32,000 nt of DNA, from the NCBI RefSeq assembly GCF_000015585.1, contig NC_008789.1:600001-632000 (forward strand). Reading direction: 5' to 3'. Below, one piece after another: positions 1 to 10,722 of this stretch; within the stretch, counting starts at the first letter, position 1, and every line of letters starts with the position of its first letter. This DNA is from Halorhodospira halophila SL1. Lineage in GTDB: Bacteria; Pseudomonadota; Gammaproteobacteria; Nitrococcales; Halorhodospiraceae. A model generated the notes under the pieces. It was not told where the DNA came from. It saw only the letters and a list, made by a program, of their open reading frames with translations, and did not search any database. Both the position numbers and the translations under genes were made by a program.

Positions 1-1332
1 GGCGTAGTCGAAGGGACTGGCCAGCTGCTCGGTGCGCACCGACTCGGCCAGCCCCAGGCGGCGGCGAAAGGCGGCGAAGGAGCTGCCCACGGCGAGGGTG
101 GCCGAGAGCAGGACCCAGGCGCTGGCCTCGCGCTCCATGCGCCGGCGGAAGCTGCCGCCCACATCCAGCGGCGTCAGGTGCAGGGCGAAGCCCCGCCCGC
201 GGGTCTCGTACCACTGCACCTCGCCCTCCGCCTCCGGAGCCAGGAAGCGCCCGAGCGCCTCGCCCAGCTCACCGGCGCGCCGGTGGCACGCCTCCAGCTC
301 GGGGCCGCGCTCGGCCGCCGCGGCGAGGACCCGCTCCAGGCCGGCGGTCGCGCCGCGCAGGGCCGCGGCCGCCTCGGCGGCCCCCTGCTCGGCCACCACG
401 TACCAGGCATCCCGCTGCTCCCCGCCCTCCAGGGCCAGGCGCAGCTCGGCGACCGCGCTCTCCAGCGTATCCACGGCCGCGCGCAGGTCCGGCATGTCAC
501 CGGCCTCGCGCCGATCGGCGATGCGCACGTCCCGCACCAGATCGCGCAGGGCCCGCGCCGAGACCGAGTGGCCGAAGAAGCGTGCGGCGGTGTCCGGAAG
601 GAGATGGGCCTCATCGAGGACCACCGCCTGCGCCTCGGGCAGCACGGCGCCGTAACCGGCGTCCTTGACCGCCCAGTCGGCCAGCAACAGGTGGTGGTTG
701 ACCACCAGCACGTCGGCCTCGTGGGCGCGCCGGCGGGCCTCGTAGAAGAAGCACTCGTCGTAGGCCGGACACCCCTGACCGAGGCAGCGTTCCGGGGTGG
801 AGGTGATGCGTTCGGCCACGCCCTCGACGCCCTCCGGCGCCTCGGCCAGATCGCCGCTTTCCGTCTGCCGGGCCCACTGCGCGGCCGTCTCGATCTGCTC
901 AACTTCATCAGGGGCCGTGAACGGCCCCTCCTCCACCGCCCGCTGCAGCCGATAGCGGCACAGGTAGTTGGCCCGCCCCTTGAGCAGCGCCGCACGCATC
1001 GGGCGGGGCGTGGCAGCCTGCAGCGCCGCCCGCACCCGCGGGAGATCGCGGTGGTAGAGCTGATCCTGCAGGGTGCGCGTCCCGGTGGAGATGATGACCC
1101 GGCGCCCGTCGAGCAGCGTGGGCACCAGGTAGGCGTAGGTCTTGCCAATGCCCGTGCCGGCCTCCGCCACCAGGACCTCGTCATCGGCCAGGGCGTCGGC
1201 CACCGCCGCCCCCAGGCGTAGCTGCCCCGGGCGCGGGGCGAAGCCCTCGATGGCCCGGCTGACCGCCCCGCCGACGTCGAGCTCGGAGACCACCGCCTCG
1301 GCGAAGGCCCCGGTAGCCGGGCTAGAATCCAC
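1..1332 (-). CDS. yoaA: ATP-dependent DNA helicase, DinG/YoaA (XPD-like Fe-S) family; C-terminal part runs off the left window edge
   Basis: The minus frame is open to position 1 and absent from the ORF track. My translation gives ...[46 protein letters not shown] (Walker A), NYLC...[13 protein letters not shown] (four Cys of an Fe-S domain) and VVLDEAHL (DEAH box). It is colinear with E. coli YoaA as I recall it. The GTG start at 1332 is tentative; an in-frame ATG at 1383 would overlap the upstream gene by about 60 nt. Confidence 0.8.
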   Translation of the reverse strand, partial: MDSSPATGAFAEAVVSELDVGGAVSRAIEGFAPRPGQLRLGAAVADALADDEVLVAEAGTGIGKTYAYLVPTLLDGRRVIISTGTRTLQDQLYHRDLPRVRAALQAATPRPMRAALLKGRANYLCRYRLQRAVEEGPFTAPDEVEQIETAAQWARQTESGDLAEAPEGVEGVAERITSTPERCLGQGCPAYDECFFYEARRRAHEADVLVVNHHLLLADWAVKDAGYGAVLPEAQAVVLDEAHLLPDTAARFFGHSVSARALRDLVRDVRIADRREAGDMPDLRAAVDTLESAVAELRLALEGGEQRDAWYVVAEQGAAEAAAALRGATAGLERVLAAAAERGPELEACHRRAGELGEALGRFLAPEAEGEVQWYETRGRGFALHLTPLDVGGSFRRRMEREASAWVLLSATLAVGSSFAAFRRRLGLAESVRTEQLASPFDYA

Positions 1333-1906
1333 CAAGGCCGCCGTCTCCGGCCTCGCCGAAGCGTCGCGCCGTGGACGCCGCATCCCGCGCCCCGCCACGA
1401 TCCCCCCGCTCCATGCGCGCCGCCGCCACCAGCCACCACGCCTCACGCATCACGGCGAGGTCCTGATCGCCGGTATCCACAGCGCGCAGGGCCAGCTCCT
1501 CCGCTCGCTGGTAGTGACCCTGCTGATACCGCACCGCAGCCAGGTTCTGCCAAAGCACCCCCTGTTCCGGGGCCTGGTCCAGGGCCTGTTCCAGATGCCG
1601 CACGGCGCCGTCGTAGTCGCGCCCCTCGTACGCCTCCCGGGCCCGCTGGGCCAGCGTCGCCACGTCGTCGCCCCGGGTCTGGTCCTCCTCCTGCCGAGGC
1701 GCGGGCTGCGGCTGCGACCACCAGCCGCCCTGATCCTCCTGCTCTTGCTCCGTCTCTCGCTCCGGGGCATCCCCCCGAGACGCATCGGCCTGCTCGGCCG
1801 TATCATGATCGCTCCGGGCGATCCCGTCATCAGGCGGCACATAACAAGCCACCGGCGCCAGCAATACCAGGGCCGGGAGCGCGGAGAACATCCGCCATCG
1901 CGTCAT
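1322..1906 (-). CDS. Secreted or lipid-anchored TPR-repeat protein (hypothetical)
   Basis: 194-aa ORF with N-terminal signal-like [21 protein letters not shown]. An acidic low-complexity linker is followed by TPR-like repeats ([46 protein letters not shown]). GAGG sits 7 nt before the ATG. The 3' end abuts or overlaps the helicase start, suggesting an operon. Confidence 0.6.
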   Translation of the reverse strand: MTRWRMFSALPALVLLAPVACYVPPDDGIARSDHDTAEQADASRGDAPERETEQEQEDQGGWWSQPQPAPRQEEDQTRGDDVATLAQRAREAYEGRDYDGAVRHLEQALDQAPEQGVLWQNLAAVRYQQGHYQRAEELALRAVDTGDQDLAVMREAWWLVAAARMERGDRGGARDAASTARRFGEAGDGGLGGF

Positions 1907-1980
1907 CTCGGGGCCTCGTTTCAGATCCGGGCTTCGCTGCCGCCAAGGATACCAGAGCCGGAGCCCGCCGGGCGTGGACC

Positions 1981-2010
1981 TTTACGGCCGGACAGCCGCC
2001 ACGCTATAAG
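1981..2010 (+). promoter_or_regulatory. Candidate sigma70-type promoter for the first soluble MCP gene
   Basis: TTTACG (1981-1986), an 18-bp spacer, then TATAAG (2005-2010), about 80 nt upstream of the ATG at 2092. Pattern match only. Confidence 0.3.
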
Positions 2011-2091
2011 GGGCACGCGCGGGCGCCACAACCCTGCGCCACCGGCGGCGGGAACCGCGCCCGCACGGCAACCACAGCCAGGACAGAACGC

Positions 2092-3411
2092 ATGGCCACG
2101 CCCCCGGAAAACGCACACCCCGATCCCCAGACCGCCACCCGCTCGCGCCAGGAAGTGGCCGAGCAGGTGGCCGAGCGCAGCTCGGCGATCGGCATTGAGG
2201 CGGTGCAGATCACCGAGGTCCTCAACACCCTGGCCGCTGCCTTCGAGCGCCAGAACGAGTCCTTCAGCGATCTGCGCGCCAACGCCCGCAGCATGGCCAA
2301 GAGCAACGAGGTGGTCCACCAGGCCGTGGACCGCGCCCAGCAGGTGGCCACCGAGGCGGGCAGCAACGTCGAGCACTCCCGCGCTCAAATCGACAAGGCG
2401 CTGGAGGAGATCCGCGAGCTGGCCGACTCGGTCACCCGGGTGGAGCGCCAGCTCGGCGCCCTCAACGAGGCGCTGCAGGGGGTCTCGAAGGTCTCCAGCG
2501 AGATCGCCACCATCGCCAAGCAGACCAACCTGCTGGCGCTGAACGCCACCATCGAGGCCAACCGCGCCGGTGAGGTGGGGCGCGGTTTCGCCGTGGTGGC
2601 CGAACACGTCAAGGCGCTGGCCAAACAGACCGCCGACGCCACCGATGATATCCACACCATCCTCGATGAGCTGACCCAGATCATCGATCGCCTGGTCCAG
2701 AAAGGCGGCGAGAGCACCCTGCAGGCCGAGGCCGTGCGCGACGGCACCGAGGCGATCCAGGAGATCATGGAGACCGCCGGCAGCGCCATGGCCGACATCG
2801 ATACCGACTCCGGCCGTGTGCGCGAATCCGTCCACACCATCGATCACTACTGCCGGCGCACCGTCGAGGGCCTGGAGGAGTTGGCCGAAGCCGTGCGCCA
2901 GGCCACCCAGACGCTACAGGCGGCGGACCAGCGGGCCGAGAAGATCAGCGGCCATGCCCACGAGCTGATCCGGCGCACCGCCGTCGACGGGGTCGAGACC
3001 CGGGACACGCGGCTGATTCGCCGGATCCGCGAGATCGCCAGTGAACTCGGCACTACCCTGCCGGTCGGCGCCGGGGCCGAGCAGGTGACCAACCAGGCAC
3101 AATCCGGACTCGAACAGCTCGCCCACGACGAGACCGGGGTCCGCGTGGCCCTGATCTGCGACAGCCAGGGCTACTGCCCGATCGCCAGCCTGCCGAGCGG
3201 CGGCGCACCGGCGCTGCGCGACGCCGTGCAGGGACAGCAGCTGGACGACCGCCCGACCCGCTCGGCCCTGCGCAGCCGTGAGCCGTACCTGCTACAGACC
3301 TACCGGCTGCAGTACGGCGGCGAGGGCCCGGTGGTCCAGGAGATCAGCGCCCCCGTGCAGGTCGGGGGGCAGACCTGGGGCTGCCTGCGGGTGATTTACG
3401 GCGGCGAGTGA
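2092..3411 (+). CDS. Soluble methyl-accepting chemotaxis-like protein (N-terminal MCP signalling domain, divergent C-terminal sensor-like domain)
   Basis: 439 aa with no hydrophobic TM segment. Contains the highly conserved MCP hairpin-tip motif [37 protein letters not shown]. The C-terminus ([40 protein letters not shown]) is paralogous to the C-terminus of the next gene. Confidence 0.8.
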   Translation: MATPPENAHPDPQTATRSRQEVAEQVAERSSAIGIEAVQITEVLNTLAAAFERQNESFSDLRANARSMAKSNEVVHQAVDRAQQVATEAGSNVEHSRAQIDKALEEIRELADSVTRVERQLGALNEALQGVSKVSSEIATIAKQTNLLALNATIEANRAGEVGRGFAVVAEHVKALAKQTADATDDIHTILDELTQIIDRLVQKGGESTLQAEAVRDGTEAIQEIMETAGSAMADIDTDSGRVRESVHTIDHYCRRTVEGLEELAEAVRQATQTLQAADQRAEKISGHAHELIRRTAVDGVETRDTRLIRRIREIASELGTTLPVGAGAEQVTNQAQSGLEQLAHDETGVRVALICDSQGYCPIASLPSGGAPALRDAVQGQQLDDRPTRSALRSREPYLLQTYRLQYGGEGPVVQEISAPVQVGGQTWGCLRVIYGGE

Positions 3412-3434
3412 CGGACAGCGACGGAGCAGCGGAT

Positions 3435-4898
3435 ATGGCGTTCATCGACTTTTTGAAGGGCCGCGGCTTACCGCGCGCTTCCAGCCCCCCCCAGCGCGGC
3501 GCCGGCCGGGACGCGCGGGAGCACGCCCTGGCCCAGGCGATCCGCGGCGTCTCCGAGGAGACCAGCCAACTGGGCCTGGAGGTCTCCGATGTCCACGGCA
3601 ACGTGGACGACACCGCGGCGCAGATGGAGCGGGAGGCCCGCCTGTTCCAGGAGCTGCGTGAGTCGTGTCAGCGCCTCTCCGAAGCCAACAAGGTCGTGGA
3701 CGCGGCCGCGCGCAACGCACAGCACGTCTCGGGAGCGGCCCGCGCCGATATGCGCCGCTCCGAGGACCGCATCCGGGACGCCCTGCAGCGGATCGCCGGG
3801 CTCAGCACCTCGGTGCGCGAGATCGAGAGCGACCTGGAGCACCTCAACGAGGCCATGCAGCGGGTCACCAAGGTGGCCCGGGGGATCGGGGCGATCGCCA
3901 AGCAGACCAACCTGCTCGCCCTCAACGCCTCCATCGAGGCGGCCCGCGCCGGCGACGCCGGCCAGGGCTTCGCGGTGGTGGCCGAGCAGGTCAAATCCCT
4001 GGCCGCCCAGACCAGCGAGGCCACCGGGGACATGGACCGCACCCTGCAGAACCTCACCGAGCAGACCCAGGAGCTGATCACCGTCGGCCACCAAAGCACG
4101 CGGCGAGCCCAGCGAGTGGAGCAGGCCACCGGGCAGATGCAGAGCCTTTTCGAGCAGCTCGAGCACTCCATGGGGGCCGTCGACTCGGAGTCGGCACGGA
4201 TCGCCGAGGCGGTCCAGGAGATCGACACCCAGAGCGAGCGCACCATCGAGCGATTCGACGACAACACCGCTGAGCTGGAGGCCTCCCACGCCGACCTCGA
4301 ACGCGGGCGGGCCCAGATCGACCGCTTCCTGGCCTTCACCGAGGATCTAATGAATCTGGCCAACGCCTCGGATCTGGAGACGGAGGACACCCCGTACATC
4401 CACCGAGTCATGGAGGTGGCGCGGCAGGTGTCGGAGCGCTTCGAGGCGGCCATCCGCGCAGGCGAGATCAGCGAGGCGGACCTGTTTGACCGCGACTACC
4501 AGCCGATCCCGGGGACGGACCCGCAGCAGTACCAGACCCGCTTCGTGGCCTTCACCGACCGGGTCCTGCCGGAGATCCAGGAGCCGCCGCTGGAGGATGC
4601 CCACATTTCCGGCTGCTTCGTCATCGACAACCGCGGCTACATCCCCACCCACAACCGCCACGTATCCCACCCGCAGCGGCCCGGCGACCCGCAGTGGAAC
4701 GCCCGCCACGCCCGGCAGCGGCGCATCTGGGAGGATCGCACCGCCCAGTCGGCGGCACGCAACGAGCAGCCCTTCCTGCTCCAGACCTATCGGCGGGACA
4801 TGGGCGGCGGCCGCTTCGACCTGATCCGCGACGTCTCCGCCCCCGTCCGCGTCCGCGGCAAGCACTGGGGGGCGGTGCGGATGCTCTACGAACCGTAG
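3435..4898 (+). CDS. Soluble methyl-accepting chemotaxis-like protein with C-terminal alpha/beta sensor-like domain
   Basis: MCP tip motif [37 protein letters not shown] and no TM segment. The C-terminal roughly 170 aa read ...[33 protein letters not shown]...[37 protein letters not shown]...[40 protein letters not shown] prefer the ATG at 3435 (GGAG 8 nt upstream) over the GTG at 3408 used by the ORF track; that GTG overlaps the upstream stop codon. Confidence 0.8.
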   Translation: MAFIDFLKGRGLPRASSPPQRGAGRDAREHALAQAIRGVSEETSQLGLEVSDVHGNVDDTAAQMEREARLFQELRESCQRLSEANKVVDAAARNAQHVSGAARADMRRSEDRIRDALQRIAGLSTSVREIESDLEHLNEAMQRVTKVARGIGAIAKQTNLLALNASIEAARAGDAGQGFAVVAEQVKSLAAQTSEATGDMDRTLQNLTEQTQELITVGHQSTRRAQRVEQATGQMQSLFEQLEHSMGAVDSESARIAEAVQEIDTQSERTIERFDDNTAELEASHADLERGRAQIDRFLAFTEDLMNLANASDLETEDTPYIHRVMEVARQVSERFEAAIRAGEISEADLFDRDYQPIPGTDPQQYQTRFVAFTDRVLPEIQEPPLEDAHISGCFVIDNRGYIPTHNRHVSHPQRPGDPQWNARHARQRRIWEDRTAQSAARNEQPFLLQTYRRDMGGGRFDLIRDVSAPVRVRGKHWGAVRMLYEP

Positions 4899-4927
4899 CT
4901 GCTCGCGGAACCGCGACCACCACCGCG

Positions 4928-4953
4928 CGGCGGCGGGAGCCATCCCGCCGCCG
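4928..4953. terminator. GC-rich hairpin between convergent MCP and sufS genes (possible bidirectional terminator)
   Basis: CGGCGGCGGGA-GCCA-TCCCGCCGCCG forms an 11-bp perfect stem with a 4-nt loop. There is no U-tract on either side. Confidence 0.4.
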
Positions 4954-4961
4954 ACGGTCGG

Positions 4962-6212
4962 TCAGCCGAACAGGCGGCGGATCTTCTCCAGGCCGACCAC
5001 CAGGCTCTCCACCTCATCGTGGGTGTTGTAGACCCCGAACGAGGCGCGCGCCGTGGCGGGCACACCGAAGCGCTCCATCACCGGCTGGGCGCAGTGATGG
5101 CCGGCGCGGATCGCGATCCCCTGCTCATCGAGGAGCATGGCCAGATCGTTGGGGTGCGTCCCTTCCATCACGAAAGACACGGCACCGGCCCGGCGTTGGG
5201 GCCGGCCGATCAGCTGCACCCCCGGCACGGCGGCGATGGCCTCGGCGGCGTGGTTGACCAGGTCCTCTTCGCGGGCGGCGATCCGCTCACGGCCGATGGC
5301 GTCGATGTAGCGCAGGGCCTCGCCCAGACCGATGGCGCCAGCGATATTCGGCGTCCCCGCCTCGAAACGCGCCGGCGGCGCGGCGTACTCGGTGCCGGAG
5401 AAGGAGACGTGGCGGATCATGTCGCCGCCCCCCTGGTAGGGCACCATGCCCGCCAGGTGCTCATAGCGGCCCCAGAGGACGCCGATCCCGGTCGGGCCGT
5501 AGGCCTTGTGCCCGGAAAAGGCGTAGAAGTCGACTCCCAGCTCCTGAATATCCACCGGCAGATGCGGGGCCGCCTGGGCGCCGTCGAGCAGCACCGGCAC
5601 GCCTTGGGCTCGGGCCATGGCGGCGATCTCCGCCACCGGATTGACCGCCCCCAGGGCGTTGGAGACGTGGACCACGCTGACCAGCCGGGTGCGCTCGTGG
5701 ATCATGCCGCGCACCGTCTCCAGGTCCACATCCCCGTTGTCGTCGATGGGCACCACCCGCAGCTGCGCCCCGGTGCGCTCACAGACCAGCTGCCAGGGGA
5801 CGATGTTGGAGTGGTGCTCCATGTGGGTGACCAGGATCTCGTCACCGGGACCGACCCGCGGCGCCACAAAGCTGTGGGCCACCAGGTTGATCGCCTCGGT
5901 CACCCCGCGCAGGAAGATAATCTCCCGCTCGCTGGGGGCATTGAGGAACCGCTGGGCCTCGCTCCGCGCCCCTTCAAAGGCGGTGGTGGCCTCCTGGGAG
6001 AGGGTGTGCACCCCGCGGTGCACGTTGGCGTAGTAGTGCTGATAACAATCGAGCTCGGCATCGATCACCGACTGCGGCTTCTGCGCACTGGCCGCGCTGT
6101 CGAGGTAGACCAGCGGCCGTCCGTTGACCTCCCGGCGGAGCACCGGAAACTCGGCGCGCAGCCGATCCATGTCCACGAGCCCCTCACGGGCCGGCTCCTC
6201 GACCATGCTCAT
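4962..6212 (-). CDS. sufS: Cysteine desulfurase SufS (class II, PLP-dependent)
   Basis: 416 aa with the PLP-lysine context FSGHKAYGPTGIGVLWG and the active-site Cys motif RAGHHCAQP. It is the last gene of the sufBCDS cluster, and its start overlaps the sufD stop (ATGA). Confidence 0.95.
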   Translation of the reverse strand: MSMVEEPAREGLVDMDRLRAEFPVLRREVNGRPLVYLDSAASAQKPQSVIDAELDCYQHYYANVHRGVHTLSQEATTAFEGARSEAQRFLNAPSEREIIFLRGVTEAINLVAHSFVAPRVGPGDEILVTHMEHHSNIVPWQLVCERTGAQLRVVPIDDNGDVDLETVRGMIHERTRLVSVVHVSNALGAVNPVAEIAAMARAQGVPVLLDGAQAAPHLPVDIQELGVDFYAFSGHKAYGPTGIGVLWGRYEHLAGMVPYQGGGDMIRHVSFSGTEYAAPPARFEAGTPNIAGAIGLGEALRYIDAIGRERIAAREEDLVNHAAEAIAAVPGVQLIGRPQRRAGAVSFVMEGTHPNDLAMLLDEQGIAIRAGHHCAQPVMERFGVPATARASFGVYNTHDEVESLVVGLEKIRRLFG

Positions 6213-7546
6213 GCCTCGAACCCCTCCAGTTGCTCGCCACCGGGCAGAAACCGACGCAGGAGCGCACGCTCGTAGTCGGCGGCCTGCGAACAGCGCACGG
6301 TCTCCAGGACTTCGGCGACAAAGGCGTAGGTAAGCAGGCTTTTGGCCACCAGCGGATCGATGCCGCGGGCGCGCATGTAGAACAGCGCCTGCTCGTCGAG
6401 CTCCCCCACGGTGGAGCCGTGGGTGCAGCGGACGTCGTCGGCGAAGATCTCCAGGCGCGGATTGGAGTGCGCGAACGCCCGCGGGCTGAGGAGCAGGTTG
6501 CGGTTCTCCTGCTCCGCGTCGGTCTTCTGCGCCCCCGGGTGGACCTTGATCAGTCCATCGAAGACGCTCTCCGAGCGGCCGTCGAGCACCCCCTTGAAGA
6601 CCTGACGGCTGCGGGTGTGCTCGGCGTCGTGGTGGACCCAGGTGTGGTGGTCCACGAAGCGCTGGCCGTCACTGAGGTGGACCCCGGTGAGATCCCCCTC
6701 GCCGTTGTCGCCCTGGACCGTCGCCTCGATGTCCACGCGCACCTTGTCGCCCCCCCAGACGAAGGAGTGGGCGCCGACCCGGGCGTCGCGCGCGGCGGTG
6801 CCGCTGACCGCGCCAAGTTGGCAGCCGGCATCGCCCTCTTCGCTGATCCGGGTCAGATCCACCTGGGCGCCGGCATCGGCCACCAACTCGGTGACCGGGC
6901 AGCTTAGGTAGGCGGCCTCAGGGTCACCGCTGTGGTACTCCACCACGCGCAGGTGGCTGGCCTCCTCACCGTGGACGATCACCCGCGGATAGACGGCGTG
7001 CCCGGCGCAGGCCGCACTGGTGTAGCAGACAATCAGCAGTGGCGCCTCGATCATCGCCCCGCGGGCAACGTGGATCGCCACCCCTTCGTCCATCAGTGCC
7101 GTGTTGAGGGCAATGAAGGGGCTGTTGGCCGGGTCGGCATGGGCCGCCAGGTGCTGCTGCAGCCACGCCACGTCGTCGGCCAGCGCCTGGCTCAGGGGCT
7201 GGACGGAGAGGCCGGCCGGCAGTTCGGCGTAGTCCGAACGCGATGCATCCAGGTAACCATCGATGAAGACCAGCCGCGGCCCATCCGAGCGCGGCAGGAG
7301 CTGATCGACCCGGCCGGCGAGACCGTCATCCACCGCCCCGGCGGTCTGCGGCGGATGAAAGTCGCTGCGCAGCACCGGGGTCAGATCGATGTGCTTCCAC
7401 GCCTCCCAGCGTCGGGTCGGGAAGCCGTGGGCATCGAAGGTGGCCATGGCCGCGCGGCGGCGCTCGGCCAGCCACTCCGGCCCCCGTGCCGTACGGCCGT
7501 CGAAGACGGCGCGGGGCACGCTCTTGAGCTCTTCCACTGCTCCCAT
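6209..7546 (-). CDS. sufD: Fe-S cluster assembly protein SufD
   Basis: Lies between sufC and sufS and has SufB/SufD-family C-terminal beta-helix sequence (...NRNLLLSPRAFAHSNPRLEIFADDVRCTHGSTVGELDEQALFYMRARGI). I place the start at the ATG at 7546 (MGAVEEL), 1 nt after the sufC stop. The longer track ORF (to 7657) would overlap sufC by 110 nt. Confidence 0.9.
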   Translation of the reverse strand: MGAVEELKSVPRAVFDGRTARGPEWLAERRRAAMATFDAHGFPTRRWEAWKHIDLTPVLRSDFHPPQTAGAVDDGLAGRVDQLLPRSDGPRLVFIDGYLDASRSDYAELPAGLSVQPLSQALADDVAWLQQHLAAHADPANSPFIALNTALMDEGVAIHVARGAMIEAPLLIVCYTSAACAGHAVYPRVIVHGEEASHLRVVEYHSGDPEAAYLSCPVTELVADAGAQVDLTRISEEGDAGCQLGAVSGTAARDARVGAHSFVWGGDKVRVDIEATVQGDNGEGDLTGVHLSDGQRFVDHHTWVHHDAEHTRSRQVFKGVLDGRSESVFDGLIKVHPGAQKTDAEQENRNLLLSPRAFAHSNPRLEIFADDVRCTHGSTVGELDEQALFYMRARGIDPLVAKSLLTYAFVAEVLETVRCSQAADYERALLRRFLPGGEQLEGFEA

Positions 7547-7547
7547 G

Positions 7548-8300
<753 letters not shown>

Positions 8301-8325
8301 GGTCTGCCTCTCCTGGGATTCTGTC

Positions 8326-9801
<1,476 letters not shown>

Positions 9802-9822
9802 GTCGCCCAAGCCTCCGGCTGC

Positions 9823-10275
9823 TCAGTGGCCAATAACCTGTTGACGGGGGTAGATCCCCACCGGCGCGCTGGCCGGTTCGCCCATCTCCGCCAGACTCAC
9901 CGCCGCCAGGGCCTGACGGACCACAGAGCTGATCCGCGACCAGGCGGCGCTGGCGTTGCAATCCTCAACATGCGTGCAAGTATCGGTCCCGCTCTCGACG
10001 CACTCGGTGAAGGCAATGGGTCCCTCAAGGGCCTCGATGACCTCGGCCACCGAGATCTCCTCGGGTGGCCGGGCCAGTCCGTAGCCGCCCTTGGCGCCGC
10101 GATAGGAGCACAGCAGTCCGGCGTGCACCAGCTGCTTCATGACCTTGCTCACCATCGGCTGGGGCAGCCCGTGGGCCCCCGCCAGCTGGGCGGCATTGAC
10201 CCGTTCCCCCGGGCGGCGCGCCATCGCCGAGAGGATGACCACGCCATAGTCAGTCTCGCGGTTGATTCGGAGCAT
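9823..10275 (-). CDS. Rrf2-family transcriptional regulator (SUF-system/IscR-like Fe-S regulator)
   Basis: 150 aa with an N-terminal winged-helix region typical of the Rrf2 family (MLRINRETDYGVVILSAMA...LPQPMVSKVMKQLVHAGLLCSYRGAKGGYGLARPPEEISVAEVIEALEGPI). A three-Cys cluster, TECVESGTDTCTHVEDC, follows. It is the first gene of the suf operon. Confidence 0.85.
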   Translation of the reverse strand: MLRINRETDYGVVILSAMARRPGERVNAAQLAGAHGLPQPMVSKVMKQLVHAGLLCSYRGAKGGYGLARPPEEISVAEVIEALEGPIAFTECVESGTDTCTHVEDCNASAAWSRISSVVRQALAAVSLAEMGEPASAPVGIYPRQQVIGH

Positions 10276-10297
10276 GGTGTCTGATTTCCCTCAATCC

Positions 10298-10312
10298 GTA
10301 CCCAGAGGGTAC
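10298..10312. promoter_or_regulatory. Palindrome GTACCC-AGA-GGGTAC, candidate operator upstream of the Rrf2/suf operon
   Basis: Perfect 6-bp inverted repeat with a 3-bp spacer, 23 nt upstream of the regulator ATG, in a lower-GC segment. Confidence 0.35.
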
Positions 10313-10442
10313 ATATTCCAATCGGGGAAGGGAAGACTTTTTAGAACACTTACAGACAGACACCCCCCGGGCTGAAGATCACCACAGCCGTGCCGATCCA
10401 TGGGAGGATGGAGTCTGTTTCAACCTGTCAGGAGGGCTACTG

Positions 10443-10709
10443 TTGACCCCTCAGCCGCACAAGCCGCGACTGCGCACCACCTACCGGCTGATCATCGAGG
10501 AACGGGACAACGGCTGGGAGGTGGTCTTCTACGACGAGCAGGGCCGTGTCCAGCACATCGGCAACTCGCACAGCGAGATCGCGGCCCTGCGCTCGGCGTA
10601 CTTCATCGCGCGCTACTACCACTACGAGCACGACGTGCTCATGCGCACCCGCCACGGCGACAAGCAGCTGGATATCGAAACGCTGATGCAGAACCGCCGC
10701 CCGAGCTGA
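10443..10709 (+). CDS. Hypothetical small protein (88 aa)
   Basis: TTG start preceded by GGAGGG at 6-nt spacing. Third-codon positions show the strong G/C bias of the surrounding real genes. No recognisable motif. Convergent with uvrB. Confidence 0.5.
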   Translation: MTPQPHKPRLRTTYRLIIEERDNGWEVVFYDEQGRVQHIGNSHSEIAALRSAYFIARYYHYEHDVLMRTRHGDKQLDIETLMQNRRPS

Positions 10710-10722
10710 GGCCGCGGCCGGT

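Noticed and set aside
174-1439. Long ORFs 174..1439 (-), 178..1221 (+) and 32..655 (+) in the first 1.4 kb
   Set aside because: They are Arg/Ala/Pro/Gly-rich with no motifs. They lie in alternative frames of the helicase gene, whose true frame (open to position 1, carrying GKT, DEAH and the Fe-S cysteines) is not in the track. These are typical high-GC shadow ORFs.
10332-10342. An 11-mer, GAAGACTTTTT, shared between the suf promoter region (10332-10342, + strand) and the TsaA-like leader (25156-25166, - strand) as a possible common Fur-like site
   Set aside because: A single shared 11-mer between AT-richer intergenic segments is within chance expectation for this window. Neither copy resembles the 19-bp Fur box beyond about half the positions.
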